A stretch of 64,000 nucleotides of DNA from Candidatus Hydrogenedentota bacterium (GTDB lineage Bacteria > Hydrogenedentota > Hydrogenedentia > Hydrogenedentales > SLHB01). The position numbers and the translations under genes are program-made. Every line of letters starts with the position of its first letter. The stretch's first letter is position 1. The stretch spans positions 136,671 through 200,670 of the forward strand of contig BTVY01000001.1 in NCBI GenBank assembly GCA_045863335.1, given 5' to 3'. The notes beneath the pieces are model-generated. The model ran no database searches. It saw nothing but the letters and a program-made list of their open reading frames with translations, and had not been told where the DNA came from. Shown in pieces: positions 28,401-37,110 of this stretch.

Positions 28401-28927
28401 CAGAGGTCGTTCTGGGCGGTCTGGTCGGCAACGTGAAGCAACACGTAACCGCGCGCGGCAACAAGAAGATGGCCTTCGCCACGCTGGAAACGCTGGAAGG
28501 TCCGGTCGAGTTCACGGTGTTCCCGGAGTTGTACGAACAGAAGGCGGGCCTGCTGGTTACGGACATGGCGATCATGCTCGTCGCGTCCGTAAATTTCCGA
28601 AACGACGAAGCGGGCCTGATCGCGCAGGATATGCTGCCCATTGAAGAAGCGGAGGGCAAGTTGACGAAGGCGGTCCACATCCGGCTGACGACGGTGGGGC
28701 TCGACGACGTGTTGCTGGAACGGCTCGCCGAAATCCTGGGAGAGCGTCCGGGCAAGTGCGATGTGTATCTGCATTGCGTGACGCCGGAGCATGAGGACGT
28801 GACCGTGCACGCAACGGATGCGTGCAAAGTCGCCGCGAGCTCGGAGTTGACCGAACAAGTCGAAGACTTGTTGGGGGAAGACACCTTGTGGCTATCGGGA
28901 GGCAACGGTTTGCCGCGCCACGATTGA
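25457..28927 (+). CDS. dnaE: DNA polymerase III alpha subunit
   Basis: HLHVHSEYS PHP domain, GPGRGSGAGS, MPDFDLD, KMDFLGL, GFNKSHS, OB fold. Confidence 0.99.
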   Translation: MSAGFVHLHVHSEYSVLDGASKVAELIDRCQKYGMKACALTDHGAMFGVLDFFTAANKAGIKPIIGSELYVAKGSRFDKSGRTPGGSNNHFLLLCENDAGYHNLCRLSSLGYLEGFHYKPRVDLELLEKYKEGIIATSACLAGEIPQFLMNDDLDAANEAIKKYIAIYGRDNFLIELMDHGMPEQRKINPYLAEMAEHHGLMVIATNDCHYTDKEDAEPHEALLAIQTAATLDQDDRFKFPTNEFYFCSAEVMKERFKEYPQAIANTEKVADRCNVKIPLGSHLIPRYEPPDGMAKEEYLRRLVQLGLEDRYDGNPTEEHLKRADFELGVIERMGFVDYFLVVWDLINHARSKGIPVGPGRGSGAGSLVAYALKITNIDPMRYGLLFERFLNPERITMPDFDLDFCYNRRGEVIEYSREKYGTDNVSQIITFGRMKAKQVVRNVGRVLGMPYGDVDRIAKLIPDDPAMKVTLKKALDQEPELQDILKQDPAVQRLWQLATRLEGTVGTCGTHAAGVVICDQPLTDHVPLFQAAGSDVVATQFEMKGVEEVGLLKMDFLGLRTLTVVHDAVRFVRQNRGIHIDIDNLEPNDKKTYALLRSGKTMGVFQLESSGMRDLAKRIGLESLEEICALIALYRPGPMQLKDQYIESKHNPKKVQYDHPLLEPILSETYGVALYQEQVMQIVQAVAGFSLGQADMLRRAMGKKKADLMAEQRDKFVAGAKANGIDPKLAETLFAKIEQFAGYGFNKSHSMAYAYVAYQTAFLKANYPAEFMAALLTSESGNLDKVGIYVEECRRLGIEVLAPDVNGSSLGFTVEGDCIRFGLGAIKNVGSAPVDAITKERDANGPFKDIYDFCARIDSRQANRRVIESLNKAGAFASTGWGRRQVEHALDAAMSQGQLSQKERAAGQTSLLELMGGGDDSEETMHQKPDVPEWPESELLAFEKEMLGLYVSSHPLARHANTLDRYTSHSLASLNELREGTEVVLGGLVGNVKQHVTARGNKKMAFATLETLEGPVEFTVFPELYEQKAGLLVTDMAIMLVASVNFRNDEAGLIAQDMLPIEEAEGKLTKAVHIRLTTVGLDDVLLERLAEILGERPGKCDVYLHCVTPEHEDVTVHATDACKVAASSELTEQVEDLLGEDTLWLSGGNGLPRHD

Positions 28928-28933
28928 GGCATC

Positions 28934-29332
28934 ATGGAACATCCGGTCCTATTGTTTGACGGTGTCTGCAACCTCTGCAACGGGGCCGTGCAATTCATCA
29001 TCAAGCGCGATACGGATGCCCAGTTCCGTTTCGCCAGTTTGCAGTCGGATGCGGGTCAAGCGCTCCTCAACCAGCACGATCTCCCCACGGAAGACTTTGA
29101 TACCATGGTGTACATCGAGGGGGATACCGTGTACACCAAATCGACGGCCGGCCTTCGGATCGCGCGACGGCTGGGCGGGCTGTGGCCTTTGCTGTACGCC
29201 TTCATCGTCATACCGCGGCCTATCCGTGACGCGGTCTACGGCGTCATCGTCCGCAACCGGTACCGCTGGTTTGGAAAACGCGACGACTGCATGGTCCCCA
29301 CGCCGGATCTGCGCGCGCGATTTCTGGAGTAA
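28934..29332 (+). CDS. DCC family thiol-disulfide oxidoreductase (YuxK-like)
   Basis: LFDGVCNLC, FASLQS, RNRYRWFG. Confidence 0.93.
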   Translation: MEHPVLLFDGVCNLCNGAVQFIIKRDTDAQFRFASLQSDAGQALLNQHDLPTEDFDTMVYIEGDTVYTKSTAGLRIARRLGGLWPLLYAFIVIPRPIRDAVYGVIVRNRYRWFGKRDDCMVPTPDLRARFLE

Positions 29333-29356
29333 GCGTGTGTTTGAAAGTACCGACCC

Positions 29357-30598
29357 ATGAACAAGCTCGCCATCCACGGCGGTAACCCCGTGCGCTCCCA
29401 GCCGATCGTCACGACCGGACGCCGCTTCGATGAGGACGAACTCCAAGAACTCAAAGAAGCGCTCGATCAACAGACTCTCTTCTACTGGTCAGGCGAAAAG
29501 GTGAAGGTGTTTCGGCGGGAGTTTGCGGAACTCTACGGCGTGAAGCATTGCCACATGGTGTCGAGCGGGACCGCGGCGCTTCACGTGGCGACGGCCGCGG
29601 TGGGTATCAAGCCGGGTGACGAGGTCATCACCTCCCCCATCACGGACCAGGGGACCATCATCGCGATCCTCGCCCAAGGCGGCGTTCCGGTGTTTGCCGA
29701 CGTGGACCCGCATCATTACGCCATCACAGCCGAGAACGTGGAGAAGTGCATCACGGAAAAGACGAAGGCGATTATCGTGGTCCATCTCGCGGGCAGTCCG
29801 GCGGATATGGAGTCCCTCCTGGCCGTGGCGCGACGGCACGGTCTCAAGGTCATCGAGGATTGTGCGCAGAGCTACCTTTCGTACTACCAGGGGAAGCTCG
29901 TCGGCACGCTTGGGGATGTGGGCTGCTTCTCGCTGAACGACTACAAACACATCAGCGCGGGCGATGGCGGCATGGTCGTCACCAATGATGACGCACTGGC
30001 GGAATTCGCCGGGGTGTTCCTGGACAAGGGATACCGGCGGGACGGGTCCGGGCGCAGACCGGAACTACTGGCCTTCAACTACCGGCCCAGCGAGCTGCAG
30101 GGCGCGGTGGCACGCGCGCAGTTGCGTAAGCTGCCGTACATCTGTGAACGGCGGCGAACCCTGGGCGACCGGCTCTCGGCTGCGTTGGAGGGCATACCAG
30201 GGGTCCATCCGCATCAGGTACTCGATGGCTGCTCGAGTTCCTACTGGTTCTACCTTGGCCGCACAAACCCGGAAGTGCTTGGAATTACGAGAGATGCGTT
30301 TGTGGAAGCCGTTGCCGCCGAGGGCGTTCCGGTCACGCCGGGGTACATCCAACGGATGGTGTACGAGTATCCCGTACTCGCCGAGCATCGGGCTTATCCC
30401 GGCAGCCCGTATCCCTGGGACGACCTGTACGGCCGGCGCATTACATATGGTCCCGGACTGTGCCCTGTCGCGGAACTCGTCGAGAAGACAAGCTGGCGGG
30501 CACCGATCACCGAGTTCATGTCCGAACAGGACGTGGACGACATTGCCGAAGGCATCCGAAAGGTCGCGGACCACTTCGTCCGCGCCGGGTCCTTTTAG
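29357..30598 (+). CDS. DegT/DnrJ/EryC1/StrS PLP-dependent aminotransferase
   Basis: SSGTAALH, GDEVI, VIEDCAQ, FSLNDYKHISAGDGG (PLP lysine). Confidence 0.93.
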   Translation: MNKLAIHGGNPVRSQPIVTTGRRFDEDELQELKEALDQQTLFYWSGEKVKVFRREFAELYGVKHCHMVSSGTAALHVATAAVGIKPGDEVITSPITDQGTIIAILAQGGVPVFADVDPHHYAITAENVEKCITEKTKAIIVVHLAGSPADMESLLAVARRHGLKVIEDCAQSYLSYYQGKLVGTLGDVGCFSLNDYKHISAGDGGMVVTNDDALAEFAGVFLDKGYRRDGSGRRPELLAFNYRPSELQGAVARAQLRKLPYICERRRTLGDRLSAALEGIPGVHPHQVLDGCSSSYWFYLGRTNPEVLGITRDAFVEAVAAEGVPVTPGYIQRMVYEYPVLAEHRAYPGSPYPWDDLYGRRITYGPGLCPVAELVEKTSWRAPITEFMSEQDVDDIAEGIRKVADHFVRAGSF

Positions 30599-30650
30599 TC
30601 GCGCCCGAGGCACAGGAACTTGCGAAGCCCGAGTCCACTGACACAAGGGG

Positions 30651-30679
30651 TTGCGTGCGTACGGAGATTCGTGCATACT
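30651..30679 (+). promoter_or_regulatory. Putative sigma70 promoter for the fliW operon
   Basis: TTGCGT-17 nt-CATACT. Confidence 0.45.
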
Positions 30680-30720
30680 GGTGCGGTGTCGGGAGTTGCG
30701 CAACGCGGGATGGAAGTGGC

Positions 30721-31188
30721 ATGAAACTCGAAACGACGCGCTTCGGTACGTTGGACGTCGATCCGAATTCCGTGATCACGTTCACCCAGCCCATTCTCGG
30801 TTTTCAGGAATTCCGGCGGTACGTCCTGTTGCCGGGTCCCAGCGATCATCTGACCTGGCTGCAGTCCACGGACTCCCCGGATTTGGCGTTTATCCTCATC
30901 AACCCGCACGCGATCATGCCGGAGTATACAATGGACCTGCGGCAACAGGAGTTATCCGAGTTGGCCGTCTCCAGCGCGGACGACCTCGACGTGTACACGC
31001 TCATCGTCGTTCCCCAGGACCCGTCTAAGGTGCGGACCAATCTGCGGGCGCCGATTCTGATCAACACCAAGCAGCGGTTGGGGAAGCAGACCATTCTCGA
31101 ACGAAGCACCTACCCGATCCAGTTTTTCCTCGCCCAGGCAAAAAAAGGGGAGCCCCAGGAGGTCACGAATGCTCGTTCTGACGCGTAG
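30721..31188 (+). CDS. fliW: Flagellar assembly factor FliW
   Basis: [33 protein letters not shown]; directly upstream of csrA. Confidence 0.95.
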   Translation: MKLETTRFGTLDVDPNSVITFTQPILGFQEFRRYVLLPGPSDHLTWLQSTDSPDLAFILINPHAIMPEYTMDLRQQELSELAVSSADDLDVYTLIVVPQDPSKVRTNLRAPILINTKQRLGKQTILERSTYPIQFFLAQAKKGEPQEVTNARSDA

Positions 31189-31387
31189 AGAAGATGAGAG
31201 CATCATGATCGGGGACGACATCATCGTCAAAGTGCTCGATTTGAAAGAGAACCAGGTCAAGATCGGCATTGTGGCTCCCCGTTCGGTGGCCGTTCATCGC
31301 CAGGAAGTGTACGAGGCCATTCAAGCGGAAAATGCGCAGGCCGCATCGGTAACGAAGATCGAAGAGATTACGAACCTCATTCCTTAA
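31169..31387 (+). CDS. csrA: Carbon storage regulator CsrA
   Basis: [16 protein letters not shown]...[20 protein letters not shown]; C-terminal extension typical of FliW-associated CsrA. Confidence 0.97.
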   Translation: MLVLTRREDESIMIGDDIIVKVLDLKENQVKIGIVAPRSVAVHRQEVYEAIQAENAQAASVTKIEEITNLIP

Positions 31388-31404
31388 CAGAAAGGGCGCC
31401 GGAC

Positions 31405-32031
31405 ATGGATGTCATTGTGGATGGAAGTCGCGACTTCAGGTTGCAAGGCGAGCCGGAAGACGCCCTTGCTGCCGTGGCGGCCATCAGCGAGTACCTCCAG
31501 AAGCAGGGTCGCGCCATCCTCGTCATCAAGGCCGACGGGTCCAGTATCGCTCCGGACACTTTGCTCGACACATTGCAGGGCAAGCCGCTCGCGGATATTT
31601 CGTCGTTGGAAGTGGAGTCCGCGGACGTGGCGGGACTTGTCGAGGGCAGCCTGAAAGAGCTGAACGACACGCTGCCGGAGTTGCCCAAGGCATGTCACGA
31701 GTTGGCCGCTATTTTTCAGGGCAGTACGCCGGAAGAGGGATTTGAGCCGTTCCACAAACTTGCCGACATTTGGGCGAACGTGAAATCCCGGGAACTCATG
31801 GTGGCAAACGCGCTCAACCTGAACTTCGACGAGCTGTGTGTCAACGGGGAATCCGTGACGGCCCTGCATGAGGAACTGAATCTGTATCTCACCGAAGCGG
31901 CCGTGGCGCTGGAGTCCGGCGATTTGGTCCTGCTGGGCGATCTCCTGGAATATGAATTGGCGCCGCGCGCCGAAGTGGAACCGCAGATTGTTGCGTTATT
32001 GCGGGAGCGGTCGCAGAGCCAGGCCAATTGA
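31405..32031 (+). CDS. Hypothetical acidic helical protein of the type seen in flagellar glycosylation loci
   Basis: C-terminal DLVLLGDLLEYELAP motif; operon position between csrA and glycosyltransferases. Confidence 0.75.
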   Translation: MDVIVDGSRDFRLQGEPEDALAAVAAISEYLQKQGRAILVIKADGSSIAPDTLLDTLQGKPLADISSLEVESADVAGLVEGSLKELNDTLPELPKACHELAAIFQGSTPEEGFEPFHKLADIWANVKSRELMVANALNLNFDELCVNGESVTALHEELNLYLTEAAVALESGDLVLLGDLLEYELAPRAEVEPQIVALLRERSQSQAN

Positions 32032-32033
32032 GC

Positions 32034-35000
32034 ATGCCGAGCCCTCGGGTCCTGACGTTCAACTTTCACGAACCCTACATCTGTCTCATGGCCAAGATCG
32101 GCGTGCCGCTGACCGTGGGTCTCTACGACAAGCCACGCTTTGCCCGCCCTTGGCACACGCAGTACCGCCCCATACCCTCTAACATCGATCTCGTCGATGA
32201 ATCCACCTGGCGCGAAGGCCTGAAGTCCGGCGCTTACGACGTAGTAGTCGCACACAATGAATTGAACGCGCTCGACCTTCTGGACTGCGGATTGCCGTGC
32301 CTGCTGGTGTGCCATAACCGCCGCTCGTATCTGGAAACGACGGTCGACGGCGATCTCGAAAAGGGCAAGGCTCAATACAAGAAGGTCCTAGACCGTTTGC
32401 AGGATCATTTTTCGTTCATCTTCATTTCCGAGTCCAAGCGCGCAGACTATGGATTGTCCGGCGCCGTCATTCCTCCGGGGATCGACGTTTCCGAATACGG
32501 CGGATACACCGGGGATGTTGCCGAGGTATTGCGCGTCGGCAATGCCATGCGCGCGCGGGACCAGATGTTCGACGTGGATTTCCAGGAAGCGGTGTGTGAA
32601 GGGATACCGAATCGCGTGGTCGGATTCGATCCCGAGATTCCCGGCGCGAAACCTTCGGAGTCCTTTGACGAACTCCTGAGTACGTATCGCCGCTTGCGCT
32701 GCCTGCTCCATGTCACGCGGGAAGCCTACGAAGACGGGTACAACCTCGCCATGCTGGAAGCGATGGCCTGTGGGATGCCCGTCGTGTCGCTGGCGAACCG
32801 CACCTCCCCCCTCACCCACGGCGTGGATGGATTCGTCTCGGACAGCGTGGATAAATTGCGCGCGCACATCGAGGCGTTGCTGGCCGATCGCGAATTGGCG
32901 CGGAAGATCGGAGAAGCGGGACGCAAGACCGTTGCGGAGAAGTTCCCCATCGAGGATTTCGTGGCGCGCTGGCGCGACGTGCTGGAAAAGGCGGCGGACC
33001 GCAAGGCCTACGTCAGCGTTGCCAGCGGCGCGGAGCCGTTTCCCCGGGTGCGAATGTTGGTGGAATATCTGTGTACGCCGTTTACAACGGGACGTTACAT
33101 GGAAGAAGCGCTTCGCGCGGATCATGAGGTGGTCACCGCGGGCAAACAGTTGCCGGAAAAGTTTCTGGAGGAATGGGGCTTCACGACCGCTCCCCCATCT
33201 TCGCCGGCGCCCGATGTGGTGTGGTCGGCGAGCGAGTCGTTTGCGGAACGGCTTCCAAAACTGCCCGCCTCGTTCACGCCGGATTTGTACCTCTGGATCG
33301 ATTCCGGCATCAGCGAAATCCCTGGCGACAGTGCCGCACTCGGCATCCCGCGGATCGCGTATTTCATCGATACCCATTTTGCGCTGGACCTGCGCATCGA
33401 TCTGGCGAAACACTTCGACTTCACCTTCCTCGCGCAACGGACGCATATTCCAGCGTTCGTGAATGCCGGCATCTCCAACGTGGCATGGCTGCCGTTGGCC
33501 TGTTCGCCGGAGCTGCACAAGGTGGATCCCGTGGAACGCACGGTGGACGTGGCCTTCGTGGGCGCGGTTCCGGACGATCCCAACGATCGGCGCAGAAAAC
33601 TGCTGGACGCGGTCGAAGCGCGTTTCCCCGTTGCCGTGGTCGGCCGATATTGGCCGGAAGAAATGGCGCGCATCTACGCCAACGCGAAAATCGTGGTCAA
33701 CATGTGCGTGGACCGCGATATCAACATGCGCGTGTTTGAAGCGCTGGCGTCCGGCGCCATGCTGATCACCGACGAAGCGGACGGGCTGGAAGAGCTGTTC
33801 AACGACGGCACGCACCTCGTCATTTACCGCAATGACGACGAACTTGTCGGGCTGATCGAGCGCTATCTTTCCGACGACGCCGCGCGCGAACGTATCGCAC
33901 GGGAAGGGCGCGCGCTGGTGTATGCCAGGCACACGTACCAGCACCGCATGCGGCAAATGGTCCTCATGGTGCTGGAGGCGGCGGGCGCCTTGGGCGGATA
34001 CCAGGGCGAGTCGCGGTTCTTCAAGGGCGGCTACTACCGGTCGCCCCGACCAGAACTGGCGGCGCACGTCCCCCTGCATACGACGCGCCTGCTCGATTGC
34101 GGGTGCGGCGGCGGGGAGTTCGGCCTGTCCCTGAAACGGCGCGGTGTGAAGGAAGTCGTCGGCATCGAGATTGTGGAGCGCGCCTGGGAGATTGCAAAAC
34201 AGGTGCTGGACGACGCGCTCCTGGGCAGTATCGAACAGATGGAACTGCCCTTCGAGGACGAGTATTTCGATTGCGTTGTTTTCGGCGATGTGCTGGAACA
34301 CCTGGTCGAACCGGCGAAGGCGCTTCAGAAAGTCTCGCGCGTCCTGTCCAAAGACGGCGTGATCGTCATGAGCATTCCCAACGTGCGGTTCTGGCAGACG
34401 GTGGAGATGCACGTCAACGGAAGGTGGCAGTACGAAGACGCGGGCATCATGGATCGCACGCACCTGCGGTTCTTCTGCGCGCCCGACATGTACCAGATGG
34501 TGGAGCAGGCCGGGCTGGAGGTATTAACCATCCAGCCGCTGTCCATGTGGCCTGCGGAGCAGTTGCCGCTCGACAAGAACCGCTGCCTTAAGCTCGGCAA
34601 AATCACCATTGGTCCGCTGGACGACGACGAGCATCAGGACTTTCTCGTGTACCAATATCTCGTCATCGCCGCGAAGCCGGGAATGGATCGGCTCGTGGGG
34701 GCGCGCAAGGCGCTCGAAGAGCAGGATTATCAGCGTGCCTTCCGGATGGCGAAGGAAGCACAGAACGCCGACGTGGCGGAGCAGACGCGCATCATGGCGC
34801 GCGCTGCCGGGAAATTGGGACGCCTGGACACCGCGGAAAAGTTGTATCGGGAAGTCTTGCGGCTGCGTCCGGACGATGCGGAATCGAAGGGCGAACTGGG
34901 CATTGTGCTGCTGGCCGCGAATCGTCCTCAGGATGCGGGACCACTGTTGGAGGAAGCCGCCAAAGCCGACCCCGAGAATGACCGCGTTTTCGCGGGACTG

Positions 35001-35324
35001 GGTTTGGTGCGTTTGACCGAAAACCGTTTGGACGAAGCATTCGATCTGCTGGCGCGTTCGCTGGATCTGCGGAGCGACAACGTTTCGGTGGTCCAGCGGC
35101 TCGTCGAGACGGCGCGTGCGCTGAATCGGCTGCCCGATGCCGAGCCGCATCTGCGCCGCTATGTGGACTTCTATCCCGGCGACATCGCCATGGCGTGCAT
35201 GTTCATACGGGTGCTGCGCGAGATTGGCAAGGCGGACGAGGCCAGGAACCGGCTCGAAACGCTGCTGTTGCTGACGCCGGACCACGCGGAGGTTCAGGCG
35301 CTGCAACGCGAATTCCAGGGGTGA
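32034..35324 (+). CDS. Multidomain protein: GT4-like glycosyltransferase + CgeB-like glycosyltransferase + class I SAM methyltransferase + TPR
   Basis: EAMACGMPVV; NMRVFEALASG...HTYQHR; LLDCGCGGG...DVLEH...MDRTHLRFF; TPR-like helices at the C-terminus. Confidence 0.9.
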   Translation: MPSPRVLTFNFHEPYICLMAKIGVPLTVGLYDKPRFARPWHTQYRPIPSNIDLVDESTWREGLKSGAYDVVVAHNELNALDLLDCGLPCLLVCHNRRSYLETTVDGDLEKGKAQYKKVLDRLQDHFSFIFISESKRADYGLSGAVIPPGIDVSEYGGYTGDVAEVLRVGNAMRARDQMFDVDFQEAVCEGIPNRVVGFDPEIPGAKPSESFDELLSTYRRLRCLLHVTREAYEDGYNLAMLEAMACGMPVVSLANRTSPLTHGVDGFVSDSVDKLRAHIEALLADRELARKIGEAGRKTVAEKFPIEDFVARWRDVLEKAADRKAYVSVASGAEPFPRVRMLVEYLCTPFTTGRYMEEALRADHEVVTAGKQLPEKFLEEWGFTTAPPSSPAPDVVWSASESFAERLPKLPASFTPDLYLWIDSGISEIPGDSAALGIPRIAYFIDTHFALDLRIDLAKHFDFTFLAQRTHIPAFVNAGISNVAWLPLACSPELHKVDPVERTVDVAFVGAVPDDPNDRRRKLLDAVEARFPVAVVGRYWPEEMARIYANAKIVVNMCVDRDINMRVFEALASGAMLITDEADGLEELFNDGTHLVIYRNDDELVGLIERYLSDDAARERIAREGRALVYARHTYQHRMRQMVLMVLEAAGALGGYQGESRFFKGGYYRSPRPELAAHVPLHTTRLLDCGCGGGEFGLSLKRRGVKEVVGIEIVERAWEIAKQVLDDALLGSIEQMELPFEDEYFDCVVFGDVLEHLVEPAKALQKVSRVLSKDGVIVMSIPNVRFWQTVEMHVNGRWQYEDAGIMDRTHLRFFCAPDMYQMVEQAGLEVLTIQPLSMWPAEQLPLDKNRCLKLGKITIGPLDDDEHQDFLVYQYLVIAAKPGMDRLVGARKALEEQDYQRAFRMAKEAQNADVAEQTRIMARAAGKLGRLDTAEKLYREVLRLRPDDAESKGELGIVLLAANRPQDAGPLLEEAAKADPENDRVFAGLGLVRLTENRLDEAFDLLARSLDLRSDNVSVVQRLVETARALNRLPDAEPHLRRYVDFYPGDIAMACMFIRVLREIGKADEARNRLETLLLLTPDHAEVQALQREFQG

Positions 35325-35328
35325 GACT

Positions 35329-37110
35329 ATGAAACCGGCGCGGGAATGGGCCAAGGATCTACAGAGCCACACGATCCGCCCGGGTGTTGAACCCTCTACG
35401 GGCCGCGCGGGCGAACCGACCGTGCGTGTGGACGGCACCTTCCTGCACAGCCAGTACCGGCCCTTGGAGGAAGGCGTCCGGTTAATCGATTCGGCCGGTC
35501 TCGAACCGGATCGGCCGGTGATCGTTGTTGGACTGGGACTCGGCTACCACGTGCTGGCCTTGCTGGAACGCGGGGTCGACGTAATCGTTATCGAGCCAGA
35601 TGCCAGCGTCGCCAAGCTGGCCGTCGACGGGCTGCTGGCAAATTCGGAAACACTCGTCTGGGTTGGATCGCTTGACGAGTTGCCGTCTGATACCAATTTC
35701 CAAGCACTCGTGCGACGGGACCCGCAGATTCTCGTTCACCCCCCGACGGGGCGATTGCATCCGCAGTACGTGGAGTCTTTGCGCGCATGCGTATCACGAT
35801 GCCGCTTGGGCGGGCAGCCTCTGGGAATTGCCGTAATCGGACCGCTCCACGGCGGCTCGCTGCCGATCGGAAAGTATCTCGCGGAGGCCTTCCGCCGCTT
35901 GGGCCATCGCGCCCTGTTCGTGGACAACAGCCTGGGCTGGCCCTTGTACGAGGCCATCACGGAGAGCGTTTCATCACGCCGCGCGAGCGCGCAACTCTCG
36001 GGGATGGTGGCGAACACCATGGCCGAGTGGAGCTACGCGCGCGTCAGCGAGTTCGCGCCCAACATCTGTATTGCCATGGCGCAGGCGCCAGTCGGCGATA
36101 CGTGGGCCGCGCGGCTGCGCAATCAGAACATCGTCACGGCCTACTGGTTCGTGGAAAACTGGCGGCACATGACGTATTGGCGGGACATCGCTGCGCAGTA
36201 CGACTATTTCTTCCACATCCAGCCGGGAGCATTCGAAGCCAAGTTGGCCGAAGCGGGTTGCGGGCATCATGCATACGTCCAGACGGCCTGCGATCCGGAA
36301 GTCCATAAGCCTGCCACCCTTTCCCCCGCCGAAAGCGGCACGTATTCCTGCGACATTTCCTTCGCCGGCGCGGGATACCACAACCGGAATCAGTTGTTCG
36401 CGGGACTGACCGATTACAACTTCAAGATCTGGGGGGTGGAATGGCATACGCGTGAACTGTTGCCGCTCGTGCAGCAATCGGGTGAACGGTTCGGACCCGA
36501 GACCTTCGCGAAGATCGTCGCGGGGTCGAAGATCAATCTCAACCTCCATTCGAGCGCGACCCACGACGGCGTCGATCCGCGCTGCGATGCAGTCAACCCG
36601 CGCGTGTTCGAGATCGCGGCCTGCGGCGGATTTCAGGTTTGCGATCCGTGCAAGGGCTTGGAAGATCTCTTCGATACCGAGACGGAGATACCTACGTACC
36701 GGAATCTTGGAGAATTACGTGAACGGATCGACCATTTCCTCGCGCATCCGGAGGAACGGAATGCGATTACGGCTGCTGCGCGAAAACGGGCGCTGGAATC
36801 GCACACGTATGAACATCGCGCGAAAGAGATGCTGGAATGCATCCTCAGCCAGTTCGCCGATCGCATCGAGCGCAAGGGCGTGCGGGCCCAACGGACGGTC
36901 GCAGAAATGGCGGAGCGCGCGTCGGAAAACCCGGAACTCCGTGACTACCTCCGCTCGTTGCCGCCGGACACGCCCTTTACGCAGGAGGCAATCAACGCGC
37001 GCATTCCGCTGACCGGGACTCCGCTGAACCACGCCGAGGGGATTTTCGCCTATCTGCGCGAGATGCGGACTTCCGCGGAACAACTATTGGCGATGTTTGA
37101 TGATGCCTGA
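35329..37110 (+). CDS. CgeB-family glycosyltransferase with N-terminal Maf-like domain
   Basis: LHSQYRP..E and VVGLGLGYH...IEPD N-terminus; VNPRVFEIAACG and HTYEHR. Confidence 0.85.
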   Translation: MKPAREWAKDLQSHTIRPGVEPSTGRAGEPTVRVDGTFLHSQYRPLEEGVRLIDSAGLEPDRPVIVVGLGLGYHVLALLERGVDVIVIEPDASVAKLAVDGLLANSETLVWVGSLDELPSDTNFQALVRRDPQILVHPPTGRLHPQYVESLRACVSRCRLGGQPLGIAVIGPLHGGSLPIGKYLAEAFRRLGHRALFVDNSLGWPLYEAITESVSSRRASAQLSGMVANTMAEWSYARVSEFAPNICIAMAQAPVGDTWAARLRNQNIVTAYWFVENWRHMTYWRDIAAQYDYFFHIQPGAFEAKLAEAGCGHHAYVQTACDPEVHKPATLSPAESGTYSCDISFAGAGYHNRNQLFAGLTDYNFKIWGVEWHTRELLPLVQQSGERFGPETFAKIVAGSKINLNLHSSATHDGVDPRCDAVNPRVFEIAACGGFQVCDPCKGLEDLFDTETEIPTYRNLGELRERIDHFLAHPEERNAITAAARKRALESHTYEHRAKEMLECILSQFADRIERKGVRAQRTVAEMAERASENPELRDYLRSLPPDTPFTQEAINARIPLTGTPLNHAEGIFAYLREMRTSAEQLLAMFDDA

